Shown: in pieces, positions 32,410 through 42,833 of the stretch
How positions within the stretch are numbered: the stretch's first letter is position 1
Layout of the letters: each line of letters opens with the position of its first letter
Assembly: GCA_965262915.1 (NCBI GenBank)
Contig: OZ253564.1
Span: forward strand, 4,864,001-4,928,000
From: Candidatus Spongiisociaceae bacterium
GTDB lineage: Bacteria > Actinomycetota > Acidimicrobiia > Spongiisociales > Spongiisociaceae
DNA length: 64,000 nt
Direction of reading: 5' to 3'
Program-made: the position numbers and the translations under genes
Notes under the pieces: generated by a model
Databases searched by the model: none
Seen by the model: only the letters and a program-made list of their open reading frames with translations
Told to the model about the DNA's origin: nothing

Positions 32410-33366
32410 TCATCGTATCTCTTCGTAGATGTCCCACCCCGGGTCGGGCTCAGCCACCACCTCGTACACCGCCGGACGCCAGCGATCGGCCAACCCTGAC
32501 ACGGCCTCCACCCCGTCGGGGCCGGCGTAGGCGTATATGACCGTGAAGGTGTCGAATATCCGGTGGGCGAAGATCACCCCGTCGGCGCCGAGCCTCACGG
32601 CAAGATCCTCCTCCACCCCACGGACCAGCCGGTCCTCGGACCCGGAGATCTCGATGCTGACGGTGAGGACGAACTCCATGTCCAGGAAATGGAGGCGTTT
32701 CAGGGCCCGGTTGATGAACAGGTCGCAATCACCGAGGTCCGGGTCTTCCTCGTGCAACATCTGCCACTGCTGGCCTGTGGCGGCGGCGGCCTGCCGGTCC
32801 ACCTCCCCGGCCATATCGAGGAAGGGCATTCCCCATGGAAGCGGGTGGGGCACAACGTCCACCGACCCGATCCACATCTCCATGCCATCCTCCCCCAGCA
32901 GGTCGTCGAGCAGCCGGAAGGCACTCTGGAGCTGGAGGGTCTCGTCCATCCGGGCGAAATCGGGATGTCCGAGAGTCAGGTTCAGTTCCTCGGTGGAGGG
33001 ATCGGGCTCGACGACCACGGTCAGGTCGCGGGGATGGATACCGATCGTCCCGATGAAGCGCGGGGCGGGCTCCACCGCGATCCGGGCCGCGTGGTACTCC
33101 CAGGTGGTGTCAGCGGCCGGTCCGGCCCGGAGCCACTTCTCGGTCAGGGGACGCAGTGCCGGGTCGGCCGCCGCGCTCAGGCAGAGGGCGTAAAGGCCCG
33201 AGCGCCCCGCCATCAGGTCCCATTCGAGGTACGGGTCGATGGCCTTGGTCAGTTCGGTGAGTTCCTCGGTGCCCTCCCCGTAGTGACCGGCCTCCATCTC
33301 CTCTTCGAGGGGGGACCGCAGCTGGGGCCACGCCTCCCAGAAGGCGTCGATCGCTTCCCGGGTCAC
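32410..33366 (-). CDS. Hypothetical protein (DUF695-like architecture)
   Basis: I.AFW..W, LLDDLLGE, C-terminal DPGW..YE; co-oriented with its neighbours. Confidence 0.7.
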   Translation of the reverse strand: MTREAIDAFWEAWPQLRSPLEEEMEAGHYGEGTEELTELTKAIDPYLEWDLMAGRSGLYALCLSAAADPALRPLTEKWLRAGPAADTTWEYHAARIAVEPAPRFIGTIGIHPRDLTVVVEPDPSTEELNLTLGHPDFARMDETLQLQSAFRLLDDLLGEDGMEMWIGSVDVVPHPLPWGMPFLDMAGEVDRQAAAATGQQWQMLHEEDPDLGDCDLFINRALKRLHFLDMEFVLTVSIEISGSEDRLVRGVEEDLAVRLGADGVIFAHRIFDTFTVIYAYAGPDGVEAVSGLADRWRPAVYEVVAEPDPGWDIYEEIR

Positions 33367-33397
33367 TGCCGGGCCCTCTCGTTGCGGCGGACGCCGC

Positions 33398-34225
33398 TCA
33401 ACCAGCGGCCCGAACATGACGGGGAGCAAGCGACCGGATCAGGTTGATGAACTGCTCCGCGATCCCTGGGGTTGCGAGGATGAAGTCGGTTGAGGTCACC
33501 GTCGCCGGACGCGTCACGAGGTCGGCGGACAACCCGCCCGCCTCGTCGACCAGCAGGAGCCCGGCGGCCACGTCCCAGGGCAGCAGGCCGTACTCCCAGA
33601 ACCCATCGAGTCTGCCGCAGGCCACCCAGGCAAAGTCGAGGGCCGCGGACCCGAGGCGACGCACGTCTCGCACCCGCAGCATCACCTGCCCCATGGCCGC
33701 GGTGTAGGCGAGCCCGTGGATGTCCCGGTCGTAGGGAAAACCGGTCCCCACCACGCACTCGGCCAGATTCGTACGCGACGAGACCCTGACGGGTCGATCG
33801 TCCAGATGGGTGCCCTCCCCCTTGGCGGCGCTGAAGACCTCGCCCCGCATCACGTCGATCACCGCCCCGGCCAAGGGGACCGCGCCATCCCACAGTCCAA
33901 CGGACACCGCCACCTGGGGGATGGCGTGGACGAAGTTCACTGTCCCGTCGAGCGGATCGACGATCCATCGCCGCCCCACCGGCTCTGTCCGGCCTCCCCG
34001 CTCCTCGGCCAGCACGCCGTCTTCGGGCCGGAGCGAGGCGAGGACATCCAATACCGCCTCCTCGGCCGCCCGGTCCACCTCCGTGACGGGATTCACGGCG
34101 CCCTTGAGCTCGGGGACGATCGCGCGACCGAACGCCTCCCGGATCACGCCGGCCCCTGCTCGGGCGGCGGCGATCGCCACTTCACGGTCGCTACGCGGGT
34201 GGCTGTCGGGGTCGGGGAAGTTCAT
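33398..34225 (-). CDS. Inositol monophosphatase family
   Basis: VTEVD, AEE, WIVDPLDGTVNF, GSAALD, PWDVAAG. Confidence 0.93.
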   Translation of the reverse strand: MNFPDPDSHPRSDREVAIAAARAGAGVIREAFGRAIVPELKGAVNPVTEVDRAAEEAVLDVLASLRPEDGVLAEERGGRTEPVGRRWIVDPLDGTVNFVHAIPQVAVSVGLWDGAVPLAGAVIDVMRGEVFSAAKGEGTHLDDRPVRVSSRTNLAECVVGTGFPYDRDIHGLAYTAAMGQVMLRVRDVRRLGSAALDFAWVACGRLDGFWEYGLLPWDVAAGLLLVDEAGGLSADLVTRPATVTSTDFILATPGIAEQFINLIRSLAPRHVRAAG

Positions 34226-34399
34226 GGGGGGTCCTGGGTTCGGTGGTCGGATGCGGGCTGGGTTGTCTCGGGTGCCAACCCGGGTCGGCCCTCCATCCGG
34301 CCTCACGTATGCTGGGATTCCTATCCTAAGAGGCGAACCGTCGGGTGTCGGGTATTGAGATGCCCAGCCGCCGACCGCCCCGCACGTACAATCCCGCCG

Positions 34400-35893
34400 G
34401 TGGCTTCGATGAAATCGGTTCTCCGTCTGGTCTCCTCGGTGGGGGCCGGGGTCCTGCTGGCCCTCGGGTACCCGCCGTTCGAGTGGACCGCGCTCTCCTG
34501 GTCGGGCTTGGTGGTCCTGTTGTGGCTGGTGGCGACCGCGCCCACTCGGCGGGTGGCGCTGTGGTCCGGGTACCTGTACGGGCTGGCCTACTTCGGCGTG
34601 ATCCTGTGGTGGCTGACCGAGGTGGAGCTGATCGCCTACTACCCGTTGGCGATGGTGCAGGCCGTGGCCCTGCTGATCGTGGCGGTCGGTGCCTACCGCT
34701 ACCGGGATGCTCCGCCCTGGATCTTCGTCCTGGCGGCGGCGGGGTCGTCCGGCCTGGCCGAGTTCCTGCGGGTGCGATGGCCGTTCGGGGGGTTCCCGTG
34801 GGGATCGATCGGCGTGACGGTGGGCGCCACCCCGCTGCGCCCCACCGCCCAGTGGTTCGGGGCCACGGGTTGGGGCGTCGTCCTGATGGGGATGGCCGCT
34901 ATAACGGTGATGGTGGTCCTGCGACGGCTGTGCTGGAAGGCGCTGGCCGGAGGGGTGGCGGTGCTGTGCCTGCTCGGGCTGGCCGGCAACATGTGGCCGG
35001 CCGTCCCCGAGGGGCAGCCGAGGGCGGTCACCATCGTGCAGGGCAACTCACCGTGCCCGGGGACCCGCTGCCCCGACGAGCGCCGACTGATCTACGAGAG
35101 CCACCTGGCGCTCACCCGGAGCCTGCCCCCGGGAGCGGACCTCATCGTGTGGCCGGAGAGTTCGACCGGAGGGCGCGCCGACCCGCTGCGGGACCCGGCG
35201 GTCACCGCCGCGATCGGGGACGAGGCGGTCAGGCTCGACGCCATGATCCTCGTCGGGGGGGACCTCGATGCGGGGCCGGACCACTTCCAGAACGTGAACA
35301 TGGTGTTCGGACCGGACGGGACCATCGTGGGCAAATACCACAAGCGGCACCCGGTGCCGTTCGGGGAGTACATACCGATCCGTCCCGTGTTCGAACGGGT
35401 ACCCGCCCTGGATCGGGTACCCCGCGACATGATTCGTGGCGACGAACAGGCCTTGTTCGATCTGGAGGGAGTGCCCTTCGGGACTGTGATCAGCTACGAA
35501 GGGGCCTATGCACGCTACGAGCGGCAGGCGGTCGGGTCGGGCGCGGCCTTCGTCGTGCTGGCCACCAACGAGGCCTCCTTCGGGGAGAGCGCGGCGAGCG
35601 ATCAGTTCATCGCCATCAGTCGGGTGCGGGCTGCCGAACTCGGGGTGGACATCGTCCACGCCGCAGTGACAGGCCGTTCGGCCTTCGTCCGTGCCGACGG
35701 CCGGGTCGAGGGGCTGACGGACCTCTTCGAGACCGCGACGGTGAGCGGGACCATCCCGGCCCGCTCCGCAGGTCCCACCCTCTACACAAGCTGGGGTGAC
35801 TGGCTCCAAGTGTCGGCGATGATCGCCTTCCTGGTTCTGGCCGTCCACACCTGGTTCTCGGGACGGCGCCGACCCGGGCGGAAGACGAAATAG
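34400..35893 (+). CDS. lnt: Apolipoprotein N-acyltransferase
   Basis: GGFPW, QGN, WPE, YHKRHPVPFGEY, ISYE, TN; start follows TACAAT. Confidence 0.92.
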   Translation: MASMKSVLRLVSSVGAGVLLALGYPPFEWTALSWSGLVVLLWLVATAPTRRVALWSGYLYGLAYFGVILWWLTEVELIAYYPLAMVQAVALLIVAVGAYRYRDAPPWIFVLAAAGSSGLAEFLRVRWPFGGFPWGSIGVTVGATPLRPTAQWFGATGWGVVLMGMAAITVMVVLRRLCWKALAGGVAVLCLLGLAGNMWPAVPEGQPRAVTIVQGNSPCPGTRCPDERRLIYESHLALTRSLPPGADLIVWPESSTGGRADPLRDPAVTAAIGDEAVRLDAMILVGGDLDAGPDHFQNVNMVFGPDGTIVGKYHKRHPVPFGEYIPIRPVFERVPALDRVPRDMIRGDEQALFDLEGVPFGTVISYEGAYARYERQAVGSGAAFVVLATNEASFGESAASDQFIAISRVRAAELGVDIVHAAVTGRSAFVRADGRVEGLTDLFETATVSGTIPARSAGPTLYTSWGDWLQVSAMIAFLVLAVHTWFSGRRRPGRKTK

Positions 35894-36013
35894 GCAGCCT
35901 TCGATGGGTATGGGACGCCACGGCTACCCACTGCACCCGAGGCATACCGTCGACCGCGAGCGCATCGATTCAGGTCGGAAGGGCGGTCGTAGGCGTACGG
36001 TTACGGTGAACCC

Positions 36014-36907
36014 ATGCGTATAGGCGTGGACCTCGGCGGTACCAAGATCGAAGGGGTGGTTCTCGACGACGGGGATGCTGTAGTGGTACGGCGACGGGTC
36101 CCCACCCCCACCGGCGACTATGCGGGAACCGTGCGCGCCGTGGTCCGCCTGATAGACGAACTCGAGACGGATGTGGGTGCGACCTGTACGGTGGGAATCG
36201 GTACACCCGGTTCGATCTCCCCCTTCACCGGGCTGATGCGTAACTCCAACTCGGTGGCGCTCAACGGCAGGCCGCTGGATCGAGACTTGGAGACCGCGCT
36301 GGTTCGCCGGATCCGTCTTGCCAACGATGCCGATTGTTTTGCCCTGTCCGAAGCCGTCAGCGGTGCCGGGCAGGATGTCCGAACCGTATTCGGGGTGATC
36401 ATCGGAACCGGGGTGGGCGCTGGTCTGGTGATCGACAGGGAGGTGCGGGTGGGACCGAACCGGATCACGGGCGAATGGGGCCACAACCCCTTTCCCGGAC
36501 TGGCCGCATCCTGTGACTGTTACTGCGGGCGGCGCGGGTGCATCGAGTTGTACCTATCGGGTCCGGCCGCCGCGGCCGAATACCGCCGGGAGAGCGGGAT
36601 CGAACTCTCCGCCGAGCAGGTTATGGGTCGGGTGGGAGAGGATCGGTGGGCGCGGGCGATCCTCGACCGGTATGTCACCCGGCTGGCCCGGGCTCTGGCG
36701 GCCGTCATCAACATCCTCGACCCCGACATCGTGGTCCTGGGCGGAGGGCTGTCCAATGTCGACGAACTGTACGAAACTGTCCCTACGCTCTGGGGGGAGT
36801 GGATCTTTTCCGACGGCGTGGCCACCCGCCTGGCCAAGAACCATCACGGTGACTCGGGCGGGGTGCTCGGCGCTGCATGGCTCTGGCCCGCCGGCGTACG
36901 GAGCTAG
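36014..36907 (+). CDS. ROK family sugar kinase (fructokinase-like)
   Basis: GVDLGGTKIE, ANDADC..LSE, GEWGH, C.CG..GCIE. Confidence 0.92.
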   Translation: MRIGVDLGGTKIEGVVLDDGDAVVVRRRVPTPTGDYAGTVRAVVRLIDELETDVGATCTVGIGTPGSISPFTGLMRNSNSVALNGRPLDRDLETALVRRIRLANDADCFALSEAVSGAGQDVRTVFGVIIGTGVGAGLVIDREVRVGPNRITGEWGHNPFPGLAASCDCYCGRRGCIELYLSGPAAAAEYRRESGIELSAEQVMGRVGEDRWARAILDRYVTRLARALAAVINILDPDIVVLGGGLSNVDELYETVPTLWGEWIFSDGVATRLAKNHHGDSGGVLGAAWLWPAGVRS

Positions 36908-36961
36908 TCGCTATGGCAGCGGTCGCTACGATTCCAGTGACACTGACGCAGTGGAGGTGAG

Positions 36962-37666
36962 TTGATGGGATCCGGCCGCAGAGCCCGAGTCTGGATCGGA
37001 CTGGTGCTCGTGATACTCGGGGCAGTGTTTCTACTGGACAATCTGACCGATTGGCATTTTCCCCGCCAGACCCTCTGGCCCATCATCCTGATCGCCGTCG
37101 GCATGACGAACCTGGTGCGGCGCGGCTCGCCCGGGTGGCTAGGCGGCGCGATCACTCTATTGGGGGTGGTGTTCCTGCTCGACGCCTTGGACGTAGTGAC
37201 GTTCCACATGCGGGATGTCGGGCGGTTCTGGCCGGTGCTCCTGCTGGTCATCGGGGTCCAGATCCTTCTCGGCAACAGGAAGACTCGCCATGGACGCGCC
37301 CGGCGTCGAGATTCGACCGCCGTAGGTGGCTCCGATCACCTCGGAGCTACCTACGTATTCGGCTCAGGCGTGCAGCGGGTAACGAGCCAGAGTTTCTCGG
37401 GTGGCGCGGCCACCGCCGTGTTCGGGACGGCCCGCATAGACCTGCGCCCTGCATCTCTCGCCGACGGAGGAGCGACGATCGATCTGACGGTTCTCTTCGG
37501 CAGCGCCGAACTCCGGCTACCCGACAACTGGGCAGTCGACGCGCAGACCACCTGCTTCCTGGGGGGTGTGGAGGACAAACGCCCCCAGTCGGTAAGCAGC
37601 ACTGACGGAGAGCAGGTCACCATCACCGGCGTCTGTATGTTCGGGTCGGTCGTCATCGATTCCTGA
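36962..37666 (+). CDS. LiaF-like membrane protein (cell-wall-antibiotic response)
   Basis: Four N-terminal TM helices with WP motifs; C-terminal FG..IDLR, FLGGVE domain. Confidence 0.8.
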   Translation: MMGSGRRARVWIGLVLVILGAVFLLDNLTDWHFPRQTLWPIILIAVGMTNLVRRGSPGWLGGAITLLGVVFLLDALDVVTFHMRDVGRFWPVLLLVIGVQILLGNRKTRHGRARRRDSTAVGGSDHLGATYVFGSGVQRVTSQSFSGGAATAVFGTARIDLRPASLADGGATIDLTVLFGSAELRLPDNWAVDAQTTCFLGGVEDKRPQSVSSTDGEQVTITGVCMFGSVVIDS

Positions 37667-37740
37667 ACCCGGCGTAAGGTCGGCACGGACTTGCAATTGA
37701 TGCAGAGATCGGCCGGGAATCCGCAGGTGTCTGCCCGGGG

Positions 37741-39057
37741 CTAGCGCTTGGCCGGTCCCCACCAGCCGGACAGCACTTCGTTGAATGTCTCCGCGGGCAA
37801 CAGCACCTGGGCGCCTTCGGAAGTCCGGTAGTCCTCGACCGGAATCCGCAGCTGGGTTACCTGGGACGGGTCGATAGCCCGGTAGCGCCAGACCCACTCG
37901 ACAGCCTGCGCGATCGACCAACCGCTGTCGAGTCGGAACGTATGGGAAAGGTTCTGGAGAGAGGAAACCAGAGTAGCGAGAGACGAACTCCGGAGCTGCC
38001 CGGCAAGTTTGAGCAGCAACTCGCGCTGGTGTTGCTGACGGCTGAAATCCGACGACCATGCCTGGCGCCACTCCCCCTCCACCAGCTGGGTGGCATTGCG
38101 GGATCGGGCATATGCCAGCGCGGTAGCCCCGTCCGTCCGGCACGAAGGTTCGGGAATGTCCAAGCCGGCTTTCTCGTCATAGGTGGGGTACTCGAAACAT
38201 ATCTGGACCCCGCCCAACCCGTCCACCAACTCGACGAAGCCCTCGAAGTTGATCCGCACGTAGTGGTCGACTTCTACACCGGTGAACTTCTCGATGGCCA
38301 GGGACAGGAGTTCCGGTCCGTTGGCCCACCCGGTGCATCCGCCCAGGTTGGCGTTGACCCGCCGGTAATCGTCGGAGCAGAAGTTGTACAGGTAGAGATC
38401 GCGAGGGATCGAGACCAGGGCAGGCGCCGAGCCACCTTCGGGAAACAATGCCAGGATGATGCTGTCGGCCAGGTAGCCGCTCGCGTCGGCGCCTACAAGC
38501 ACGACTGCGTTGAACATCCCGTCGGGTAGTGGAGGGCTGGAGGCGTTGGGAATCTCGATGGGATCCTCGGCCTCTACCTCCGGAGAAACCGATATCTCCT
38601 CGGGTTCTTGGATCGGTGGGTCGTCCTCCTCTTCAGGCTCAGTCGAGTAAACCACTCGGGACAGTTCGTCTTCCGGCGGCTGCCCGGGTCCGGGACCGAG
38701 CGTTTCCTCCAACTCCTCGATCCTCTCTCGGCTCTCGCGCACCTCCTCGGGAGTCCGTTCTTCCAGCTCGTTCCTGGCCTGGCCCGGATCATGTGGCTCC
38801 GCGTCCTTGAAGGACTGGAAGACAAGGATCACCAGGGTCAGCACTACGGCCACTACCCCGAGAACCCCGATCCATATCAGCCGCCGGATGCTGCGAGGCG
38901 ACCACCTGCGTGCGGCGTGCTTACCCAATGTGGTCAGTCCCCATTCGACAACAGCTTCCCCGGGCTGTCCTGCGAGGCCACCCGATACGGCTGGATGGCC
39001 CCCCGGCCACGACATCGGCAAGTGCTCGTGTCGACCGGGACGGGATGACCCGACCAT
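37741..39057 (-). CDS. LCP (LytR-CpsA-Psr) family protein; start uncertain
   Basis: TM anchor, GAD, ADSI, SIPRDL, GGV, ALAYARSR, DF.RQ..Q. Confidence 0.85.
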   Translation of the reverse strand: MVGSSRPGRHEHLPMSWPGGHPAVSGGLAGQPGEAVVEWGLTTLGKHAARRWSPRSIRRLIWIGVLGVVAVVLTLVILVFQSFKDAEPHDPGQARNELEERTPEEVRESRERIEELEETLGPGPGQPPEDELSRVVYSTEPEEEDDPPIQEPEEISVSPEVEAEDPIEIPNASSPPLPDGMFNAVVLVGADASGYLADSIILALFPEGGSAPALVSIPRDLYLYNFCSDDYRRVNANLGGCTGWANGPELLSLAIEKFTGVEVDHYVRINFEGFVELVDGLGGVQICFEYPTYDEKAGLDIPEPSCRTDGATALAYARSRNATQLVEGEWRQAWSSDFSRQQHQRELLLKLAGQLRSSSLATLVSSLQNLSHTFRLDSGWSIAQAVEWVWRYRAIDPSQVTQLRIPVEDYRTSEGAQVLLPAETFNEVLSGWWGPAKR

Positions 39058-39236
39058 GCAGGCAACCTGCCCCCGGAAGCGATGGACCGGGAGTCTCCCG
39101 GGAGAACCGGCTCACCCGCCACGGCGCCGGACCACCCTCACATCGGCTCGACCACTCATGCACGAGACACGAAACTAACCGTCCGGGGAAACTATGCAGG
39201 GATTCCGCACTCCGACCGAGGAGTCGAGACGCTCCA

Positions 39237-39926
39237 TCAGGTCAGACCGTCGATCCAGGCGTCGAACAACCGATAGGCCCCATCGGCCAACTCCTGTTCG
39301 GCGTGAGCCATGCCTGCGGCGAACTCCTCGGGGCTGCTTCCGGCCCTCTCCACCATCTCGCGGGCGCCGTGATTGGCCCACTTGTTGGCCTCGGAATTAT
39401 GCGCTTCGGGATGAAACTGGATTGCAAGCGCCGACCCCGACGCAAAGGCCTGAGGGAACCGGTCGGAACTGGCCAGCAGCACGCTTGCGGGAGGCGGGTC
39501 GAACGTGTCCTGGTGCATTTCGAACACCCGCCGGCCGGCCACGTTGGATACCACCGGGTGGCGACGTCCGGCGTCGGTGAGTTCGACGGGAACTGCTCCC
39601 ACCTCCGGGCGGTCAGCCAGGTAGGCCCGACCTCCGAGAGCGGCCGCCAGCAGTTGGGATCCGAGACAGATCCCCAGCACGGGGATGTCCCGCTCCACCA
39701 ACTCGCGCACCAGTTCCATCTCGTCGACGAGGTAGGGATGCTCCTCGGTCTCGTAAGCGCCCATAGTGCCGCCCATCGTCACCAGAGCCTCTATCTCATC
39801 CGCCTGCGGCAACGGCTCTCCATCGATCACCGTGATCTCCTCCCACTCCACCCCGCAGTGCTCCAAACGCTCGGCGAGCCTGCCCAAGGACTCGTGGGAA
39901 TGCTTGATCACCACCATCTTCCCCAT
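39237..39926 (-). CDS. Class I glutamine amidotransferase
   Basis: GICLGSQ, HQD, QFHPE. Confidence 0.9.
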   Translation of the reverse strand: MGKMVVIKHSHESLGRLAERLEHCGVEWEEITVIDGEPLPQADEIEALVTMGGTMGAYETEEHPYLVDEMELVRELVERDIPVLGICLGSQLLAAALGGRAYLADRPEVGAVPVELTDAGRRHPVVSNVAGRRVFEMHQDTFDPPPASVLLASSDRFPQAFASGSALAIQFHPEAHNSEANKWANHGAREMVERAGSSPEEFAAGMAHAEQELADGAYRLFDAWIDGLT

Positions 39927-40112
39927 CGCCCGGCAGTCTACCGCCCCTATGGTCGCCCTTCACGGAGTCCGACGCCAACGCTCGATGAAGGTCCAGCAGA
40001 ATCAACAGCGGGGACACGACAAACCCGACGGGTGGCGGATAGGGACCAAGCGGCCCAACGCCCGCTGCCTCCGAATGTGCTTACCCACCCGTCGGTATCA
40101 AACGGAGAAGGA

Positions 40113-41558
40113 TCAGAGGAGGGGTTCGGGTCGGTAGGTCGCGGCTTCCGGGTGCTGTTCGACCACCTGAGCGATCTCCGCGGCGATGGCATCCACTTGG
40201 GCGCCCGCCCGGCCGCTCAGCACCCCGGACTCGGCGGCAGCGCGGACTCCGCCCGTACTGAGCGGGAACTCGGCATCGTCACCGAGAGCCGACCAGAGAT
40301 CGTACTCACCACCCGAGCGGCGGGCTTCTGCAGATCTCGACGTATGGGCCCGGATCACCCGGTGGGCCTGCTCGCGCCCCATGCCCGCCTTCACCGCGGC
40401 CGTGAGGACCCGCGTAGTGGTGAGGAACGGAAGCTCGGTGTTCAACTCGGCCTCGATCCTGCCCGAGAAGGCCCCGAAGTCGTCGAGAACATGCAGCGTC
40501 GACTCGAGCAGGCCGTCGCAGGCGAAGAACGAATCCGGCATCATCACCCTCCGCACCACCGAGTCGCTGACATCCCCCTCGTTCCACTGACGGCCGGCCA
40601 GACCATTCGCCATGGTGAGGTACCCGCTCAGTATCACCGCCAGCCCGTTGATCCGCTCGCAGGTCCGCATGTTCATCTTGTGGGGCATGGCCGACGAACC
40701 GACCTGTCCGGATCGGAACCCCTCGGTGACCAGGTCGCCGCCTGCCATGAGACGCAGCGTGGTGGCCAGGCTCGAGGGTCCGGCCGCCAGCTGAACCAGA
40801 ATGCTCACGACTTCCAGATCGAGGGACCGGGGGTAAACCTGTCCGACAGAGGTCATCACATCACCGAACCCGAGTGCCTCGACCACCATCAGTTCGAGCT
40901 TCTCGGCCTTCTCCCCGTCCCCGTCGAAGAGGTCGAGCAGATCCTGCTGCGTTCCGACCGGACCCTTGAGACCTCTGAGCGGATAGTCGGAGAGGGACTG
41001 CGCCAAGCGGCGGTAGGCCGGGAGGAGCTCGCCGGCGGCGGTCGCGAATCGTTTACCCAAAGTGGTGGGCTGGGCGGCAACGTTGTGGGTACGCCCGACC
41101 ACGAGCGTGTCTCGATACTCCAGTGCCCGGTCGGCAAGCCGGGCCAGAACCGCCACCGTCTTATCCCGGATGACCTCCAGGGACCGTCGGATGATCATCT
41201 GCTCCACGTTCTCGGTCACATCACGGGACGTGAGGCCCCTGTGTATGTGTTCGTGGCCCGCCAGCGCGCAGAACTCGTCGATGCGGGCCTTGACGTCGTG
41301 CCGGGTCACCTCCTCCCGGGCGCGGATCGATTCGAGATCGACCACTCGGATGACGGCCCGGTACGCCTCCAGCACCCCGCCGGGTACCGGCACCCCAAGT
41401 TCGATCTGGGCCTCTAGCACCACCATCCATAGTTGCCGCTCCATGACAACCCGGCCTTCCGGGGACCAAAGGGAGCGCACGGGTGTCGAGGCATAACGGG
41501 AAGCGAGGATGTTTGGAACGTCCAACTGCCCTGCGGCCTCTATCGGGATCGGCGACAT
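40113..41558 (-). CDS. purB: Adenylosuccinate lyase
   Basis: RHDVKARI, TSRD.TEN, GRTHNV.AQ.TTLGKR, GSSAMPHKMN. Confidence 0.95.
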   Translation of the reverse strand: MSPIPIEAAGQLDVPNILASRYASTPVRSLWSPEGRVVMERQLWMVVLEAQIELGVPVPGGVLEAYRAVIRVVDLESIRAREEVTRHDVKARIDEFCALAGHEHIHRGLTSRDVTENVEQMIIRRSLEVIRDKTVAVLARLADRALEYRDTLVVGRTHNVAAQPTTLGKRFATAAGELLPAYRRLAQSLSDYPLRGLKGPVGTQQDLLDLFDGDGEKAEKLELMVVEALGFGDVMTSVGQVYPRSLDLEVVSILVQLAAGPSSLATTLRLMAGGDLVTEGFRSGQVGSSAMPHKMNMRTCERINGLAVILSGYLTMANGLAGRQWNEGDVSDSVVRRVMMPDSFFACDGLLESTLHVLDDFGAFSGRIEAELNTELPFLTTTRVLTAAVKAGMGREQAHRVIRAHTSRSAEARRSGGEYDLWSALGDDAEFPLSTGGVRAAAESGVLSGRAGAQVDAIAAEIAQVVEQHPEAATYRPEPLL

Positions 41559-41603
41559 GCGGAAAGAATGCTACCGCTCCTGAGTCCCAGGGCCTTCCGG
41601 CAA

Positions 41604-41643
41604 GGCAGGCGGGCAGGCGGGCAGGCGGGCAGGCGGGCAGGCG
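41604..41643. repeat. Tandem repeat (GGCAGGCG)x5 upstream of purB
   Basis: Five perfect 8-mers read directly. Confidence 0.95.
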
Positions 41644-41650
41644 GACGGCC

Positions 41651-41886
41651 GGATCGCAAGAACTTCGCTGCGTGAGGCGGTTGACCCTGTCACAGGCGTA
41701 CTGCATCATGGGGGATACCAAACATCCGAGCGGGCTCGAACGGGCGACATTCGACCGCCCGAGGAATCACGAATGTCGGAACCAGGTCGCCCGTAGCAAC
41801 CGGGACAGAACGCGCTCCGATATCAGGAACGGCGGTGGTGGGGTGGGCCCGGCAGAGGGGTGGGTGGCCGCGTTTTTCGCGATCTG
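41651..41886. repeat. MITE-like dispersed repeat, copy 2
   Basis: Homologous to 21437-21676; ends gatcgcaagaac / gtttttcgcgatc form an imperfect IR. Confidence 0.75.
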
Positions 41887-41921
41887 ACACGGGTTTCGGT
41901 TGTGTTACGGACTGGCGAAGG

Positions 41922-42833
41922 TCAATCGGCGGCGAGGGGCGGGTCCCACTCCAGAGCGCCCAGACGCGCCAGAGCCAGAATCAGCGACTGGGTGCCCTTC
42001 CTCCCGAGCCCCTGGGCCTGGAGCGACACGTACAGTTCGTGGGCCATCGCCAGGCCGGGCACCGGCAGCTTCATCGCCGCGGCCTCGCGCAGCGCGATCC
42101 CCATGTCCTTGACGAAGTGGTCAACGAAGAAACCCGGCTCGAAGTCGCCCGAGAGAATCCTCGGACCGTAGTTGGTCAAGGACCACGACCCGGCAGCGCC
42201 TCCGCTCACCGACTCCATCACCGTGTCGAGGTCGAGGCCGGCCTGCTGGCCGTACAGAAGCGCCTCCGATACCCCGATCATCAAGGTGGCGATCAGGATC
42301 TGGTTCACAGCCTTCGTGTGTTGGCCGGCTCCCGGTCCGCCTTGGCGGACGATGGTCTTTCCCATCGTCTCGAAGATCGGACGGACCCGTTCCACCGCCC
42401 CCTCGTCTCCACCAATCATTATCGATAGGGTGCCGTTACGGGCACCGATGTCTCCCCCACTCACCGGGGCGTCGATGGCTGCCACACCCGCCTCGCCGGC
42501 CTTCTCGGCGATCTCGATAGCCAGAGCCGGCTCGGAAGTCGTCATGTCCACCAGGACATCCCCGGGGGAGGCGCCGGCCGCTAGACCCGAAGAGCCGAGA
42601 AACACCTCCCGGACATCGTCGGGGAAACCGACTATCGCACAGGAGATATCGGAGGCGGCCGCGACCTCGGCGGGGGTGTCCGCCCAGACCGCTCCGCGGT
42701 CGATGAGCCCTTGGGCCTTCGACTTGGTACGGGTGGTCACGGTCACCGGGTATCCGGTGTCGAGAACGTGCCCGCACATGGCCGCGCCCATCACCCCGGT
42801 TCCGACCCATCCGATCCCGGGCTTCCCGGTCAT
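41922..42833 (-). CDS. Beta-hydroxyacid dehydrogenase family NAD(P)-dependent oxidoreductase
   Basis: [28 protein letters not shown]. Confidence 0.9.
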   Translation of the reverse strand: MTGKPGIGWVGTGVMGAAMCGHVLDTGYPVTVTTRTKSKAQGLIDRGAVWADTPAEVAAASDISCAIVGFPDDVREVFLGSSGLAAGASPGDVLVDMTTSEPALAIEIAEKAGEAGVAAIDAPVSGGDIGARNGTLSIMIGGDEGAVERVRPIFETMGKTIVRQGGPGAGQHTKAVNQILIATLMIGVSEALLYGQQAGLDLDTVMESVSGGAAGSWSLTNYGPRILSGDFEPGFFVDHFVKDMGIALREAAAMKLPVPGLAMAHELYVSLQAQGLGRKGTQSLILALARLGALEWDPPLAAD

